Part shown: piece by piece, positions 18,876-30,071 of the stretch
Layout: every line of letters begins with the position of its first letter
How positions within the stretch are numbered: the first letter of the stretch is position 1
Source: Wigglesworthia glossinidia endosymbiont of Glossina morsitans morsitans (Yale colony)
GTDB taxonomy: Bacteria; Pseudomonadota; Gammaproteobacteria; Enterobacterales; Enterobacteriaceae
Length of the DNA stretch: 32,000 bases
Reading direction: 5' to 3'
NCBI RefSeq assembly: GCF_000247565.1
Contig: NC_016893.1
Coordinates: forward strand, 210,001-242,000
Made by a program: the position numbers and the translations under genes
The notes under the pieces: model-generated
The model's database searches: none
Seen by the model: only the letters and a program-made list of their open reading frames with translations
What the model was told of the DNA's origin: nothing

Positions 18876-21800
18876 TTAATTACTTTCTTCTAATTCAATA
18901 TTAATTCCTAAGGATCTAATTTCTTTTAATAAAACATTAAACGATTCCGGCATTCCAGGTTCCATTAAATGACTACCATCAACAATATTTTTATACATTT
19001 TAGTACGTCCATTAACATCATCAGATTTAACGGTAAGCATTTCTTGTAAAGTATATGCTGCTCCATAGGCTTCTAAAGCCCACACTTCCATTTCTCCAAA
19101 TCTTTGACCACCAAACTGAGCTTTCCCTCCTAATGGTTGTTGTGTAACTAAACTGTATGAACCAGTTGATCTTGCATGCATTTTGTCATCTACTAAATGA
19201 TTTAATTTTAACATATACATGTATCCAACAGTAACCGGTCTGTCAAACTTTTCTCCTGTTTGTCCATCAAATAATGTAATTTGACCGGAATCGGGGCATT
19301 GACTAAAACGTAATAGTTCTTTAATTTCTTCTTCTTTAGCACCATCAAATACAGGTGTAGATACTGGCATCCCGTATTTTAAATTATTAGCAAGTTTCAT
19401 AATTTCTAAATCTGAAAAGTTTTCTAATTTAACTTTTTGCCGAATTCCATTTCCTACATTATAAGCATCTTGCATGAATTTACGTATTTTTGATATTTTT
19501 GTATTTTTTTTTAACATGTCATTAATAATATTCCCAATTCCTTTTGCTGCTAAACCTAAATGCGCTTCTAAAATTTGACCAATATTCATCCGAGATGGTA
19601 CTCCTAATGGATTTAATACCATATCAACAGGTATACCATTTTCGTCATATGGCATATCTTCAATTGGCGTAATTTTAGAAATTACTCCTTTGTTACCATG
19701 TCTACCTGCCATTTTATCGCCAGGTTGAATTTGTCTTTTTACGGCTAAATAAACTTTAACTATTTTTAATACTCCCGGTGCTAAATCATCGCCTTGAATA
19801 ATTTTTTTCTTTTTTATTTCTAATTTTGTTTCGAATTCTTTTTGTAAACTAAAATATTTTTTTACTAAATCTTGTAATTTTAACTTTGCATGTTTATCTA
19901 AAAATTTTAAATGTGTTAAATTACCTTTTAAAATATTTGATAGTTCATTACTATCAATATTATTTTGCTTTAAAAAAGTAATAATTTGCATTTTTAAGCT
20001 AATTTTAAAAATTTCTAATTCTTCAATAAAGTTTTTTTGCGCAATTTTTAGTTGCATATCTTCAATTTCTAGAGCTCTTTTATCTTTTTCTACACCATCT
20101 CGAGTAAATATTTCAACATCAATAACTGTTCCAGATACTCCGTTAGGTACTCGCAAAGATGAATCTTTTACATCAGAAGCTTTTTCTCCAAAAATAGCAC
20201 GCAATAATTTTTCTTCTGGAGTTAATTGAGTTTCTCCTTTAGGAGTAACTTTACCTACCAAAATATCGCCTCCTTTAACTTCAGCTCCAATATATACAAT
20301 TCCTGATTCATCTAATTTCAAAAGAGCTGTTTCACTAATATTTGGAATATCTGAGGTAATTTCTTCTGCACCTAATTTGGTATCTCTTGACATGCATGCT
20401 AGTTCTTGAATATGTATTGTAGTAAATCTATCTTCATGTACTACGCGTTCGGAAACTAACATAGAATCTTCAAAGTTATACCCATTCCATGGCATAAAAG
20501 CTATACGCATATTTTGTCCAAGTGCCAATTCTCCTAAATCTGTAGATGGACCGTCAGCTAAAACATCTCCTTGTTCTATTTTATCTCCTAAAGAAATACA
20601 TGGTATTTGATTAATACATGTATTTTGATTTGATCGAACATATTTTGTTAAATGATAAATATCTACGCCTACATCTTTATTTAAGATTTCATTATAATTT
20701 ACTTTAACAATAATTCGAGATGCATCTAAATACTGTATAATACCGCCTCTTTTAGCAACAGCAGTTACTCCTGAATCTACAGCAACTGCTCTTTCCATTC
20801 CGGTTCCTACGAGTGGCTTTTCGGTTCGTAAAGTGGGGACTGCTTGACGTTGCATATTTGCGCCCATTAATGCTCTATTTGCGTCATCGTGTTCTAAAAA
20901 TGGAATTAAAGATGCTCCGACAGAAACAATTTGTTGTGTAGAAACATCCATGTAATTCACTTCTTCGCGACTGAACAAACTTGATTCACCTTTATGCCTG
21001 CATGTAACAAATTCGTTAATTAAATATCCATTTTTATCTAAATTTGTGTTAGCTTGGGCAATAATAAATTTGCCTTCTTCTATAGCTGAAAGGTAATGAA
21101 TATCATCTGTTACTACACTATTTTGAACACATCTATAAGGCGTTTCTAAAAAACCATATTCGTTAGTACGAGCATATACGGATAATGAATTTATTAAGCC
21201 TATATTTGGTCCTTCCGGTGTTTCGATAGGACATACTCTTCCGTAATGTGTGGGATGTACATCTCTGACTTCAAAACCTGCACGTTCACGTGTTAATCCA
21301 CCTGGACCTAATGCTGAAATACGACGTTTATGAGTAATTTCCGATAATGGATTATTTTGATCCATAAATTGAGATAATTGACTAGATCCAAAAAATTCTT
21401 TTACAGCTGCTGAAATAGGTTTAGCGTTAATCATATCTTGCGGCATAATAGTATCTAGATCTCCCAAGGATAATCTTTCTTTTACGGCTCTTTCAACTCT
21501 TACTAAACCTATTCTAAACTGATTTTCAGCCATTTCTCCTACGGATCGAATACGTCTATTTCCTAAATGATCAATGTCATCTACTTCACTTTTCCCATTT
21601 CGAATATCAATTAAACGTTTAATAACATCAATAATGTCTGTCGTACTTAATAAACTTGATCCTTCTGATGTATTTCTAGATAAAGATCGATTAAATTTCA
21701 TTCTACCTACTGAAGAGAGATCATATCGATCTTCTGAAAAAAATAAATTTGCAAACAAATTTTCAGATGCTTCTCGAGTTGGAGGTTCTCCTGGTCTCAT

Positions 21801-22907
21801 CATGCGATAAATTTCTATCAATGCACTTGTTTGATCATGTGTAGAATCGATTCGTAATGTTTCCGATATGTAAGAACCATGATCTAAATCATTTGTAAAT
21901 AAAGTTTCAACTAAATCAAAACCAGATTTTTTTAATTTTAAAATAATTTCTTCAGTAATCTCAGTGTTTGCAGTAACAATAATTTTATTTGTTCGTGTAT
22001 CAATATAATCTTTAATAACAACTTTTCCTATAATATACTCAAAAGGTACTTGAATTTGCGAAATTTTGTCAATTTCTAATTTTCGAATATGTCTAGCTGT
22101 AATACGACGGCCTTTTTCAATATAAATTTTGCCTTGAGCGATAATATCAAATAATGCCGTTTCTCCACGTAAACGTTTTGGAATTAAATGCATGAAAAGC
22201 TCTTCTTTTTTGTTGATATAATATGTTACGCGTTCAAAAAATATGTTTAACATATTTGGAATATCAATATTCAAAGCTTTTAGCAAAATTGTCACGGGTA
22301 ATTTACGACGACGGTCAATTCTTACAAATAAATGGTCTTTTGCATCAAATTCAAAATCTAACCATGATCCTCTATAAGGAATAATGCGTGCATTATATAA
22401 TACTTTTCCAGAGGAATGCGTTTTTCCTTTGTCACTGTCAAAAAATACACCTGGACTACGATGTAATTGAGATACTACTACTCTTTCAGTACCATTAATA
22501 ATAAACGTGCCATTATGCGTCATTAATGGAATTTCTCCCATATATACTTCTTGTTCTTTTATGTTTTTTACTATATTTTTTGATTCATTATCATATACTA
22601 CTAAACGTAATATTACTCTAAGTGGTGCAGAAAATGTAGCGCTTCTTACTCGACATTCTTTGACATCAAATATAGGCTCACCGAGGTGATAATTTACATA
22701 TCGTAATTCTGCATTTCCATTGTAACTTTTTATAGGAAAAATTGAACGAAGAGCTGCTTCTAATCCATAACAACCACTTGGATCGCGTTCTATAAACTTT
22801 TGAAATGAATCAATTTGAATGGCAAGTAAATATGGTATATTTAAAACTTGCGGACGTTTTCCAAAGTCTTTTCGAATGCGTTTTTTTTCAGTATAAGAAT
22901 AAGACAT
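18876..22907 (-). CDS. rpoB: DNA-directed RNA polymerase beta subunit
   Basis: 1343 aa. [22 protein letters not shown]..., rifampicin cluster [34 protein letters not shown] and C-terminal [37 protein letters not shown] Shine-Dalgarno before the ATG. Confidence 0.98.
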   Translation of the reverse strand: MSYSYTEKKRIRKDFGKRPQVLNIPYLLAIQIDSFQKFIERDPSGCYGLEAALRSIFPIKSYNGNAELRYVNYHLGEPIFDVKECRVRSATFSAPLRVILRLVVYDNESKNIVKNIKEQEVYMGEIPLMTHNGTFIINGTERVVVSQLHRSPGVFFDSDKGKTHSSGKVLYNARIIPYRGSWLDFEFDAKDHLFVRIDRRRKLPVTILLKALNIDIPNMLNIFFERVTYYINKKEELFMHLIPKRLRGETALFDIIAQGKIYIEKGRRITARHIRKLEIDKISQIQVPFEYIIGKVVIKDYIDTRTNKIIVTANTEITEEIILKLKKSGFDLVETLFTNDLDHGSYISETLRIDSTHDQTSALIEIYRMMRPGEPPTREASENLFANLFFSEDRYDLSSVGRMKFNRSLSRNTSEGSSLLSTTDIIDVIKRLIDIRNGKSEVDDIDHLGNRRIRSVGEMAENQFRIGLVRVERAVKERLSLGDLDTIMPQDMINAKPISAAVKEFFGSSQLSQFMDQNNPLSEITHKRRISALGPGGLTRERAGFEVRDVHPTHYGRVCPIETPEGPNIGLINSLSVYARTNEYGFLETPYRCVQNSVVTDDIHYLSAIEEGKFIIAQANTNLDKNGYLINEFVTCRHKGESSLFSREEVNYMDVSTQQIVSVGASLIPFLEHDDANRALMGANMQRQAVPTLRTEKPLVGTGMERAVAVDSGVTAVAKRGGIIQYLDASRIIVKVNYNEILNKDVGVDIYHLTKYVRSNQNTCINQIPCISLGDKIEQGDVLADGPSTDLGELALGQNMRIAFMPWNGYNFEDSMLVSERVVHEDRFTTIHIQELACMSRDTKLGAEEITSDIPNISETALLKLDESGIVYIGAEVKGGDILVGKVTPKGETQLTPEEKLLRAIFGEKASDVKDSSLRVPNGVSGTVIDVEIFTRDGVEKDKRALEIEDMQLKIAQKNFIEELEIFKISLKMQIITFLKQNNIDSNELSNILKGNLTHLKFLDKHAKLKLQDLVKKYFSLQKEFETKLEIKKKKIIQGDDLAPGVLKIVKVYLAVKRQIQPGDKMAGRHGNKGVISKITPIEDMPYDENGIPVDMVLNPLGVPSRMNIGQILEAHLGLAAKGIGNIINDMLKKNTKISKIRKFMQDAYNVGNGIRQKVKLENFSDLEIMKLANNLKYGMPVSTPVFDGAKEEEIKELLRFSQCPDSGQITLFDGQTGEKFDRPVTVGYMYMLKLNHLVDDKMHARSTGSYSLVTQQPLGGKAQFGGQRFGEMEVWALEAYGAAYTLQEMLTVKSDDVNGRTKMYKNIVDGSHLMEPGMPESFNVLLKEIRSLGINIELEESN

Positions 22908-23071
22908 GAGTTCCCCGATAAATAAAATTTTAAAAATTTCATAAAGTATATTTTATATAATATGTATTATTTTTAATAAAATAAATTTATTATATATTTA
23001 TAATTATTTTAGTATAAAATTTATTACAAAAATGGTATTTATGTATTTAAATATAATTTATATAATTTTAT

Positions 23072-23101
23072 AAAAAAAACGCTGGTGGTTTTTACACCAG
23101 C
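23072..23101 (-). terminator. rplL-rpoB intergenic intrinsic terminator/attenuator
   Basis: The minus strand reads GCTGGTG-TAAAAAC-CACCAGC followed by G and T8 (plus-strand A-run 23072..23079). A perfect 7-bp G/C-rich stem starts 37 nt after the rplL stop. This is the position of the known partial terminator between rplL and rpoB in E. coli. Confidence 0.65.
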
Positions 23102-23138
23102 TATTTGATAAAATAATAACTTTCAAAATAAAAAATAT

Positions 23139-23510
23139 CTATTGTAAGACAATTTTAGCCCCAGATAATTCTATAGATTTTTTTAAAGACTCTGCTTCAT
23201 TTTTATTTAATCCTGATTTTAATACTACTGGCAAAGTTGATTCTACTAAATCTTTTGCTTCTTTCAAACCTAAACTAAGCGAAGATCGAACCACTTTAAT
23301 AACAGAAATTTTATTTTTCCCAATTTCCTGTAATAAAACATCAAATTCAGATTTTTCTTCTGATTTTCCAGATGAATTAGATTCCGAAGGCACATTGGAT
23401 GCGATCGCAGAAACTCCAAATTTTTTTTCCATCATAGAAACGAGCTCGGCAATTTCTAATACCGACATTTCAGAGACTGCATCTAAAATTTGTTGCTTAG
23501 TTATTGACAT
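23139..23510 (-). CDS. rplL: 50S ribosomal protein L7/L12
   Basis: 123 aa. MSITKQQILDAVSEMSVLEIAELVSMMEKKFGVS and GLKEAKDLVES. AGGAG Shine-Dalgarno. Confidence 0.97.
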   Translation of the reverse strand: MSITKQQILDAVSEMSVLEIAELVSMMEKKFGVSAIASNVPSESNSSGKSEEKSEFDVLLQEIGKNKISVIKVVRSSLSLGLKEAKDLVESTLPVVLKSGLNKNEAESLKKSIELSGAKIVLQ

Positions 23511-23548
23511 TTAGTATGCTCCTAAAATTTTATTTTTATTTATGATAT

Positions 23549-24046
23549 TTAATTGATATGTTTACTGTGTCTAATAAAAATTAACATACGTATAAATTTT
23601 TTGATTGATATTTCTTGTATAATTGTAATAAAACTTCTTATTGACTCTTCGTATGTTGGTAAATCTACTAAATAATTAATATCTGAATCTAACAAAACTT
23701 TTTTTTCAAATATTGCTATTTTTATTTTACATTTGTTGTTTTTACGTTCAAATTCTTTAAATAAACGTGCTCCGGATCCAGGATGTAAATAAGAAAAGGC
23801 AATTAAGTTGGGTCCATTAATTTTATCTTTTAAATTTGAAAAATTAGTTCCTAAAACTGATAATTTTATTAATGTATTACGCAGATATTTAATATCAATT
23901 TTTAGTGCTCTGCTTTTTTTACGTAAATCATTCATTTCATTTGCTTGTATGCCAGTTGGATCTGCTATAACAATCGATAGTGCAGATTTCATACATTGAT
24001 TAATTTTAGAAATTATATTTTTCTTTTTTTTAAGGTTTAAGACCAT
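23549..24046 (-). CDS. rplJ: 50S ribosomal protein L10
   Basis: 165 aa, the same length as E. coli L10. LIAFSYLHPGSGARLFKEFERKN against [23 protein letters not shown], and LPTYEE. Sits in the conserved rplKAJL order. Confidence 0.95.
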   Translation of the reverse strand: MVLNLKKKKNIISKINQCMKSALSIVIADPTGIQANEMNDLRKKSRALKIDIKYLRNTLIKLSVLGTNFSNLKDKINGPNLIAFSYLHPGSGARLFKEFERKNNKCKIKIAIFEKKVLLDSDINYLVDLPTYEESIRSFITIIQEISIKKFIRMLIFIRHSKHIN

Positions 24047-24237
24047 ATTTTATCCTATAAAATAAATAAATGAGCAATATTTAAATTTGATAATAAGTAT
24101 CTTAAGGTGATAATAAAATTTTGTATTAATTTACTATCTTGCTTATAAATTGAGTGTATACGTTTTTATTGTGCAGAATTTTTTTTGAAAAAAATTTTAA
24201 GCATATAAATAATGTTGTTTTAATTTATTTGATTAAT

Positions 24238-24942
24238 CTATACTTTTTGTAAAAATTCATTATGATCTAATAAAACGCTACCTCCCATAGTTTTCGCGAG
24301 ATTTACTTGCTTTATAAATGCACCTTTCACTGGAGATGGTTTATTTTTTAATATATTTTTCAACAGTACTAATAAATTTTGTTCTAATTTATAAAATTCA
24401 AAATTAATTTTTCCAATAGTCATATGTATAATTCCGTATTTATCATTACGATAAGTCACCTGACCTTGTTGAATGTTTTTAATTGCTTCTGTGACATTAT
24501 CTGTTATAGTGCCATTTTTAGGATTTGGCATTAATCCTCTAGGTCCAAGAATAGGTCCTAATTTTTCGACAATTGACATTGCGTATGGCATAGCGATTAC
24601 AAAATCAATTTTAATTTTTTTATTATTTTTGATTTTATCTGCTATTTCTTCCATTCCAGATAATTCTACTCCTAAATCATACGCGGATTTTTTATCTGCT
24701 CCATCTGCAAAAACTACTAAAGATTTTTTTTTTTCTATCACATACGGTAATTTCACAGAATTATGTAGATTTTGATCGGATTTTTTTGAATTAATGTTTA
24801 AATTAATTGTAGCATCAATATTTTCAATAAAATTAGCCTTGGGCAAACAATATAATAGTTCAATTGCTTGTTTAAAACTATATAGTTTGCCAACAGAAAT
24901 TTTCTGAGAAATTAAACGCATTTTTTTTGTTATTCGAGACAT
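24238..24942 (-). CDS. rplA: 50S ribosomal protein L1
   Basis: 234 aa. LGPRGLMPNPK.GT.T.NV..A, VTYRNDK.GIIH..IGK..F. The start lies 1 nt after the rplK stop. Confidence 0.96.
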   Translation of the reverse strand: MSRITKKMRLISQKISVGKLYSFKQAIELLYCLPKANFIENIDATINLNINSKKSDQNLHNSVKLPYVIEKKKSLVVFADGADKKSAYDLGVELSGMEEIADKIKNNKKIKIDFVIAMPYAMSIVEKLGPILGPRGLMPNPKNGTITDNVTEAIKNIQQGQVTYRNDKYGIIHMTIGKINFEFYKLEQNLLVLLKNILKNKPSPVKGAFIKQVNLAKTMGGSVLLDHNEFLQKV

Positions 24943-24943
24943 A

Positions 24944-25372
24944 TCAGTCCTCTATTAAAAATCCCATGGATTTTGCCGTACCAATAATTGATTGAGATAT
25001 AGCATGTAAATTTTTTCCTGTCATATCTGCTGCTTTTTTTTTTGCAATTTCTTCGATTTGACTTAAAGATATTGTGCCTATTTTTTTTTCTTTTGAATTG
25101 CTTGCACCTAATTTAATATTAGTTAGTTTTTTTAAAAAAAATGATGTAGGAGGTGTTTTTATGATGAATGAAAAAGTTTTATCACTATATACAGTAATGA
25201 TTACTGGAATAGGTGTTCCTGGATCAAAATGCTGAGTTTGATTATTAAAAGATTTACAAAACTCTATTATATTAATTCCTTGTTGACCTAGTGCAGGTCC
25301 AACTGGAGGACTTGGATTTGCAGCGCCTGATTCGATTTGTAATTTAATATATCCTTTAACATTTTTTGCCAT
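24944..25372 (-). CDS. rplK: 50S ribosomal protein L11
   Basis: 142 aa. [34 protein letters not shown]. Confidence 0.97.
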   Translation of the reverse strand: MAKNVKGYIKLQIESGAANPSPPVGPALGQQGINIIEFCKSFNNQTQHFDPGTPIPVIITVYSDKTFSFIIKTPPTSFFLKKLTNIKLGASNSKEKKIGTISLSQIEEIAKKKAADMTGKNLHAISQSIIGTAKSMGFLIED

Positions 25373-25415
25373 AATAATATCCGTAATAGTTATTTAAAAT
25401 TGTTTCATTTAATGA

Positions 25416-25961
25416 TTAATTTTTTTCTAATTGACTGAAATCTAATTCTACCGGAGTCGCTCTACCAAAAATTGATACTGATACTTTTAATCTATTTTTT
25501 TCATAATCGACTTCTTCAACTACTCCATTAAAATCTGAAAAAGGACCATCTTTGACTCTTACTAGTTCTCCAGGTTCGAACAAAGTTTTTGGACGTGGTT
25601 TATTGCCTATTTTTTGTAATCGTTTTACGATAGAGTCAACTTCTTTGTCGCTAATTGGTGCCGGTTTATCTGATGTTCCGCCAACAAATCCCATAACTTT
25701 TGGAATGCTACGAACCATATACCAACTAGAATCATGCATAATCATTTGTATTAACACGTATCCTGGAAAAAATTTTCTTTCGCTTTTTTTACGTTGTCCA
25801 TTTCGGATTTCAATCACTTCTTCTGTAGGAATCATAATATCTCCAAAAAACTTTTCCATATTATACAATTTGATGTGTTCTTTTAAAGATTGAGCTACCT
25901 TAGATTCAAAACCTGAAAATGCTTGAATTACGTACCAACGTTTTTTTTGAGTTTCAGACAT
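25416..25961 (-). CDS. nusG: Transcription termination/antitermination factor NusG
   Basis: 181 aa. [22 protein letters not shown] and the KOW region [42 protein letters not shown]. Confidence 0.96.
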   Translation of the reverse strand: MSETQKKRWYVIQAFSGFESKVAQSLKEHIKLYNMEKFFGDIMIPTEEVIEIRNGQRKKSERKFFPGYVLIQMIMHDSSWYMVRSIPKVMGFVGGTSDKPAPISDKEVDSIVKRLQKIGNKPRPKTLFEPGELVRVKDGPFSDFNGVVEEVDYEKNRLKVSVSIFGRATPVELDFSQLEKN

Positions 25962-25962
25962 C

Positions 25963-26346
25963 TTAAAACCTCAATCCAGTTATAAATGATATTATTCGGA
26001 TCAGTAAGCTGTCTAGTCCCCAAAGCAAAAGAGACATTATGAGAGTTACTAAAGATACTATTAAAGTAGTTTGTAACGCTTCTTGAAAAGAAGGCCAAAT
26101 TACTTTTTGCATTTCTTTGCAAGATATATAAATAAATTTTATTATTTTTTTTCCTTTTATTGTTGTGGTAAATAGAAAACATGCAAGAAAAATCATTAAA
26201 GAAACACTAAAAACTTTTATTATTTTGTTTTCAGTAGGGAAAAGCTCACTGAACAAAAATGCTGTTATTAATAAAGTGATTACAAAAATCCAAATAAATA
26301 TGTCTTTTTTATATTTACTTTGATTTTTTTGATGTTCAGTGTTCAT
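25963..26346 (-). CDS. secE: Preprotein translocase subunit SecE
   Basis: 127 aa with three hydrophobic segments. The C-terminus [47 protein letters not shown] parallels E. coli ...[47 protein letters not shown]. Confidence 0.95.
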   Translation of the reverse strand: MNTEHQKNQSKYKKDIFIWIFVITLLITAFLFSELFPTENKIIKVFSVSLMIFLACFLFTTTIKGKKIIKFIYISCKEMQKVIWPSFQEALQTTLIVSLVTLIMSLLLWGLDSLLIRIISFITGLRF

Positions 26347-26373
26347 GCAAAAGAAAACTTACAGTAAATCTAT

Positions 26374-27558
26374 TTAAGATAGAATTTTTGATACAATTCC
26401 AGCGCCTACTGTACGTCCGCCTTCTCGAATTGCAAATCGCAATCCTTCGTCCATAGCAATAGGAGAAATTAATTTTACAGATACTTTAACATTATCTCCA
26501 GGCATAACCATTTCGATTCCTTTTGGTAATTCGATACTTCCAGTGACATCGGTAGTACGGAAATAAAATTGAGGTTTATATCCGTTAAAAAATGGAGTAT
26601 GACGTCCTCCTTCTTCTTTTTTCAATACATACACTTCTGATTCAAATTGTGTATGTGGTTTTATTGAACCTGGTTTAGAAAGAACTTGTCCTCTTTCTAC
26701 GTCTTCTCGTTTAGTACCTCTTAGTAAAATACCTACATTTTCTCCTGCTCGTCCTTCGTCCAAAAGTTTGCGAAACATTTCTACTCCGGTACATATTGTT
26801 TTTGCTGTTTTTTTGATTCCAACAATTTCTATTTCTTCTCCTACTTTAACTGTACCACGTTCAATTCTACCAGTCACCACAGTGCCTCTTCCAGATATCG
26901 AAAATACGTCTTCTATGGGCAATAAAAATGGTTGATCGATAGATCTTTTTGGTTCAGGAATATAGTTATCTAGAGCTTCAGACAAATCTAATATTTTTTT
27001 TGTCCAAATAGGATCGTTTTCTAATGCTTTTAATGCGGAACCTCTAATAATTGGAATATCATCTCCAGGAAAATCATATTGTGATAGTAGTTCTCTAATT
27101 TCTATTTCTACTAATTCTAATAATTCTTCGTCGTCTACCATGTCGCATTTATTCATAAATACAACTATGTACGGAACTCCAACTTGACGTCCGAGTAATA
27201 TATGTTCTCGAGTTTGAGGCATAGGTCCATCGGTAGCAGCAACTACGAGAATTGCGCCGTCCATTTGTGCAGCTCCAGTAATCATGTTTTTTACGTAATC
27301 TGCATGACCTGGGCAATCTACATGTGCATAATGCCTTGCATTTGTATCATATTCTACGTGCGATGTATTTATAGTAATACCTCGAGCTTTTTCTTCTGGA
27401 GCGTTGTCAATTTGATCAAATGCTTTAGGATTCCCTCCATATTTTTTAGCTAATACAGTAGTAATTGCAGCAGTTAATGTGGTTTTTCCGTGGTCTACAT
27501 GCCCAATTGTACCAACATTAATGTGTGGCTTAATTCGTTGAAACTTTTCTTTAGACAT
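26374..27558 (-). CDS. tuf: Elongation factor Tu
   Basis: 394 aa. [38 protein letters not shown] and NKCD. AGGAA Shine-Dalgarno. Downstream of the Thr-Tyr-Gly-Thr tRNA cluster, like E. coli tufB. Confidence 0.98.
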   Translation of the reverse strand: MSKEKFQRIKPHINVGTIGHVDHGKTTLTAAITTVLAKKYGGNPKAFDQIDNAPEEKARGITINTSHVEYDTNARHYAHVDCPGHADYVKNMITGAAQMDGAILVVAATDGPMPQTREHILLGRQVGVPYIVVFMNKCDMVDDEELLELVEIEIRELLSQYDFPGDDIPIIRGSALKALENDPIWTKKILDLSEALDNYIPEPKRSIDQPFLLPIEDVFSISGRGTVVTGRIERGTVKVGEEIEIVGIKKTAKTICTGVEMFRKLLDEGRAGENVGILLRGTKREDVERGQVLSKPGSIKPHTQFESEVYVLKKEEGGRHTPFFNGYKPQFYFRTTDVTGSIELPKGIEMVMPGDNVKVSVKLISPIAMDEGLRFAIREGGRTVGAGIVSKILS

Positions 27559-27722
27559 TATAGTTTCCTAGTTAAAGATTGTTTTAAATCATTTTTAATG
27601 AATTTTACTAAAATAAAATAGCAGTATTTTCACTAAGATTTTTTATTAAAAAAAGTATAAAAAAAGTTGAGTTTATTTTAATTTTTAAAAATTTTTAAAA
27701 TAAATGTCCGTGAAAAAAGTAG

Positions 27723-27796
27723 TGCTGACAGGCAGATTTGAACTGCCGACCTCACCCTTACCAAGGGTGTGCTCTACCCTGCTGAGCTATATCAGC
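27723..27796 (-). tRNA. thrT: tRNA-Thr (anticodon GGU), no encoded CCA
   Basis: Reverse complement: GCTGATATAGCTCAGCAGGGTAGAGCACACCCTTGGTAAGGGTGAGGTCGGCAGTTCAAATCTGCCTGTCAGCA. Nearly identical to E. coli thrT. The acceptor stem pairs fully. Confidence 0.95.
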
Positions 27797-27803
27797 TTAC
27801 ATT

Positions 27804-27874
<71 letters not shown>

Positions 27875-27960
27875 TATTTAAAGTCTAGTATTTAATTAAA
27901 TATTAAAAATAATAAAATTTCATAATATTTATATTAATTTGCATGCGCAGAAGAATAATT

Positions 27961-28043
27961 TGGTGGGGGAAGGATTTGAACCTTCGAAGTCTTATGACGG
28001 CAGATTTACAGTCTGCTCCCTTTAGCCACTCGGGAACCCCACC
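27961..28043 (-). tRNA. tyrU: tRNA-Tyr (anticodon GUA), no encoded CCA
   Basis: Reverse complement: GGTGGGGTTCCCGAGTGGCTAAAGGGAGCAGACTGTAAATCTGCCGTCATAAGACTTCGAAGGTTCAAATCCTTCCCCCACCA. Matches E. coli tyrU, including the long variable arm. Confidence 0.95.
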
Positions 28044-28054
28044 ATAAATTCAAT

Positions 28055-28127
28055 TGCCGGCAAAAGGAGTCGAACCTTCGACCTACTGATTACAAGTCAG
28101 TTGCTCTTCCATCTGAGCTATACCGGC
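28055..28127 (-). tRNA. thrU: tRNA-Thr (anticodon UGU), no encoded CCA
   Basis: Reverse complement: GCCGGTATAGCTCAGATGGAAGAGCAACTGACTTGTAATCAGTAGGTCGAAGGTTCGACTCCTTTTGCCGGCA. Cloverleaf pairs, anticodon loop CTTGTAA. First gene of the thrU-tyrU-glyT-thrT-tuf array. Confidence 0.93.
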
Positions 28128-28351
28128 TAATAAAATATTTTTATAAAATTATATATAAAATATTCTATAGAAATTTTTGATGAATTTTAGTATATTTTAT
28201 TAAAAATAGCAATTTTAATTTATTAAAAAGTTTTTCATGTTTGACATAAATTTAACTTAAAAATTATCACGATTAATCGCATTATACTATTCAGCTTTTC
28301 AAGTTAATTTTGATATTATTTACATATTGAATACACTTATATTACATATAT

Positions 28352-29170
28352 ATGAAAACTAAGCAAGAAACATATCTAGATTTGGCAAATATTATTTATA
28401 ATAATTTTTTGCTAAAAACTAAAAAATTAAAAATAGATAATTACAATTGTACTTTAAATAATATGCCGCCTTATGTTGTATCTATTTATGGTAGCGTAGC
28501 TTCTGGTAAAAGCACTATAGCTTATATTTTAAAATCAAATTTAATTAAATATTCAAAAAATATTACGGTAGAAGTAGTTAAAACAGACATATTTTTGTAT
28601 TGTAATCAAGTTTTAAATAAAATGGGATTGATGAAAAAAAAAGGATTTCCAGAATCTTACGATATTAAAAAATTAGCAAATTTTTTAATAAGCATTAAAA
28701 AAAATAATAAGTTATATCATTTAATTCCACATTATTCTCATATAGCATACGATATAGTACCAAAAAAAAAACTACTCTTGAAAACACATATATTAATTTT
28801 AGAAGGATTAAATTTTTTATATAAAATTAAAAAAGAAAATTACTTATATTTTAAAAATATTGTTTTATCTGATTTAATAGATTTTAATATATATATCGAC
28901 GCAAAAGAAAGTTATATTAAAAACTGGTATATTAATCGTTTTTTAAATTTTCGAAAAAAATCAGCATTATATTCATATTCATATTTTTCACGTTACTTAA
29001 AAATTTCCGAAGAAAAAACAATAGAAAAAGCCAATCAAATCTGGAGTTGTATAAACAAATGTAATTTAATAAAAAATATATTACCTTTAAAAAAATACGC
29101 TAATCTAATATTAAAAAAAAATAATAATCATACAACTTCAAAAATTATTTATAAAAAATTAAAATTTTAA
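28352..29170 (+). CDS. coaA: Pantothenate kinase, type I
   Basis: 272 aa. P-loop YGSVASGKST, GLMKKKGFPESYD, ILILEGLN and NWYINRFLNFR match E. coli CoaA. About 40 N-terminal residues shorter than E. coli (in-frame TGA 8 codons upstream of the ATG). Neighbours birA-murB and the thrU cluster as in E. coli. Confidence 0.9.
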   Translation: MKTKQETYLDLANIIYNNFLLKTKKLKIDNYNCTLNNMPPYVVSIYGSVASGKSTIAYILKSNLIKYSKNITVEVVKTDIFLYCNQVLNKMGLMKKKGFPESYDIKKLANFLISIKKNNKLYHLIPHYSHIAYDIVPKKKLLLKTHILILEGLNFLYKIKKENYLYFKNIVLSDLIDFNIYIDAKESYIKNWYINRFLNFRKKSALYSYSYFSRYLKISEEKTIEKANQIWSCINKCNLIKNILPLKKYANLILKKNNNHTTSKIIYKKLKF

Positions 29171-29279
29171 TTGATTTTTAAATTTTTATAATATGTTTTA
29201 TTTAGTTAGTTTTTAAAAAAAATTAAAAAAATTAGAAAATTTTTTTAATTTGAATAACATTGAATTTTTTTATAAAATT

Positions 29280-30071
29280 TTAAATTTCATCAAAAATACT
29301 GTATTTATTTTGAATTTTTTTTAATTGATCATGCAAAGCGGAAACAATATGCACAATCAACACATTACGATCAATTGCAATCTTTAATCTGCTTAAATCA
29401 GTCCAAGTAATATTTATTAGCTTAGAATAAATATTACTCATAATTATGTTAATTCCAATACCAATTATGATATCTACTGAACATTTTTTTTTATTAAATG
29501 TTTCTATCAAAATTCCAGCAAATTTCTTATCTTCAATAAAAATATCGTTTGGAAATTTTATACGAATTTTTGGTATTCCAAAATTAATTAATATTTTTGC
29601 AACAATTTGACTAATTTTTACACTTAATTGAGAAAGATTTATCAATGATGTTTTTATGTTCCAATACATTGAAAGACATATATTATTACCAAAAGAAGCA
29701 AACCATTTTTTTCCTCGTGTTCCTTTTCCGTGCGTTTGATATTCTGCTAAACATATATCTCCTGAGTTTAATATAGACATATTTTGTGCAAGATATTGAT
29801 TGGTAGAACAAATTATATTAAATATAAAAATTTTATTTTTTGGGAAATTTTTGTAAATATACATTTTATTTAATAAACAAATAGGTTTTTTTAGATAACA
29901 ATATTTACTTTGTTTAAAACTTATATCAATTCCGTATTGATACATAGCATTTAAGTATAAATATATATTATTAGAATTTATCAAGTTTTCTTCAATTAAT
30001 TCATTTATTTGATGTAATTTTGCATCAGAAATAGTATTCACTATTTTTGAAAAAATATTATAATCGATCAT
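29280..30071 (-). CDS. birA: Biotin-[acetyl-CoA-carboxylase] ligase BirA, truncated before the C-terminal domain (263 aa)
   Basis: STNQYL at residues 89-94 and GKGTRGKKW at 115-123 share E. coli BirA numbering. KFPNDIF and AGILIE are present. The ATG overlaps the murB stop (ATGA at 30071..30068). The ORF ends at an in-frame TAA where E. coli continues into the roughly 50-aa C-terminal domain (see finding). Confidence 0.85.
   Translation of the reverse strand: MIDYNIFSKIVNTISDAKLHQINELIEENLINSNNIYLYLNAMYQYGIDISFKQSKYCYLKKPICLLNKMYIYKNFPKNKIFIFNIICSTNQYLAQNMSILNSGDICLAEYQTHGKGTRGKKWFASFGNNICLSMYWNIKTSLINLSQLSVKISQIVAKILINFGIPKIRIKFPNDIFIEDKKFAGILIETFNKKKCSVDIIIGIGINIIMSNIYSKLINITWTDLSRLKIAIDRNVLIVHIVSALHDQLKKIQNKYSIFDEI

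Noticed and set aside
21574-22689. Two plus-strand ORFs (21574..21810, 22507..22689)
   Set aside because: Both are antisense within rpoB with no independent support.
24047-24237. L10 (rplJ) autoregulatory leader in the 191-nt rplA-rplJ spacer, and an L1-binding site in the 43-nt nusG-rplK spacer
   Set aside because: The positions are right by analogy with E. coli, but I cannot identify the conserved leader structure by eye in this A/T-rich sequence. It needs a covariance-model search, so it is not reported as a feature.
23808-27453. Plus-strand ORFs 23808..23999, 24473..24775, 25552..25893 and 27202..27453, and minus-strand ORF 25928..26182
   Set aside because: They are antisense to rplJ, rplA, nusG and tuf respectively. 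The last one is an out-of-frame overlap of the secE/nusG junction. In each case the annotated frame carries the conserved protein.
28241-28270. Perfect TTGACA upstream of coaA as a promoter -35
   Set aside because: The best -10 at 17-18 nt spacing is only TATCAC (4/6). It is plausible but too weak to list as a feature.
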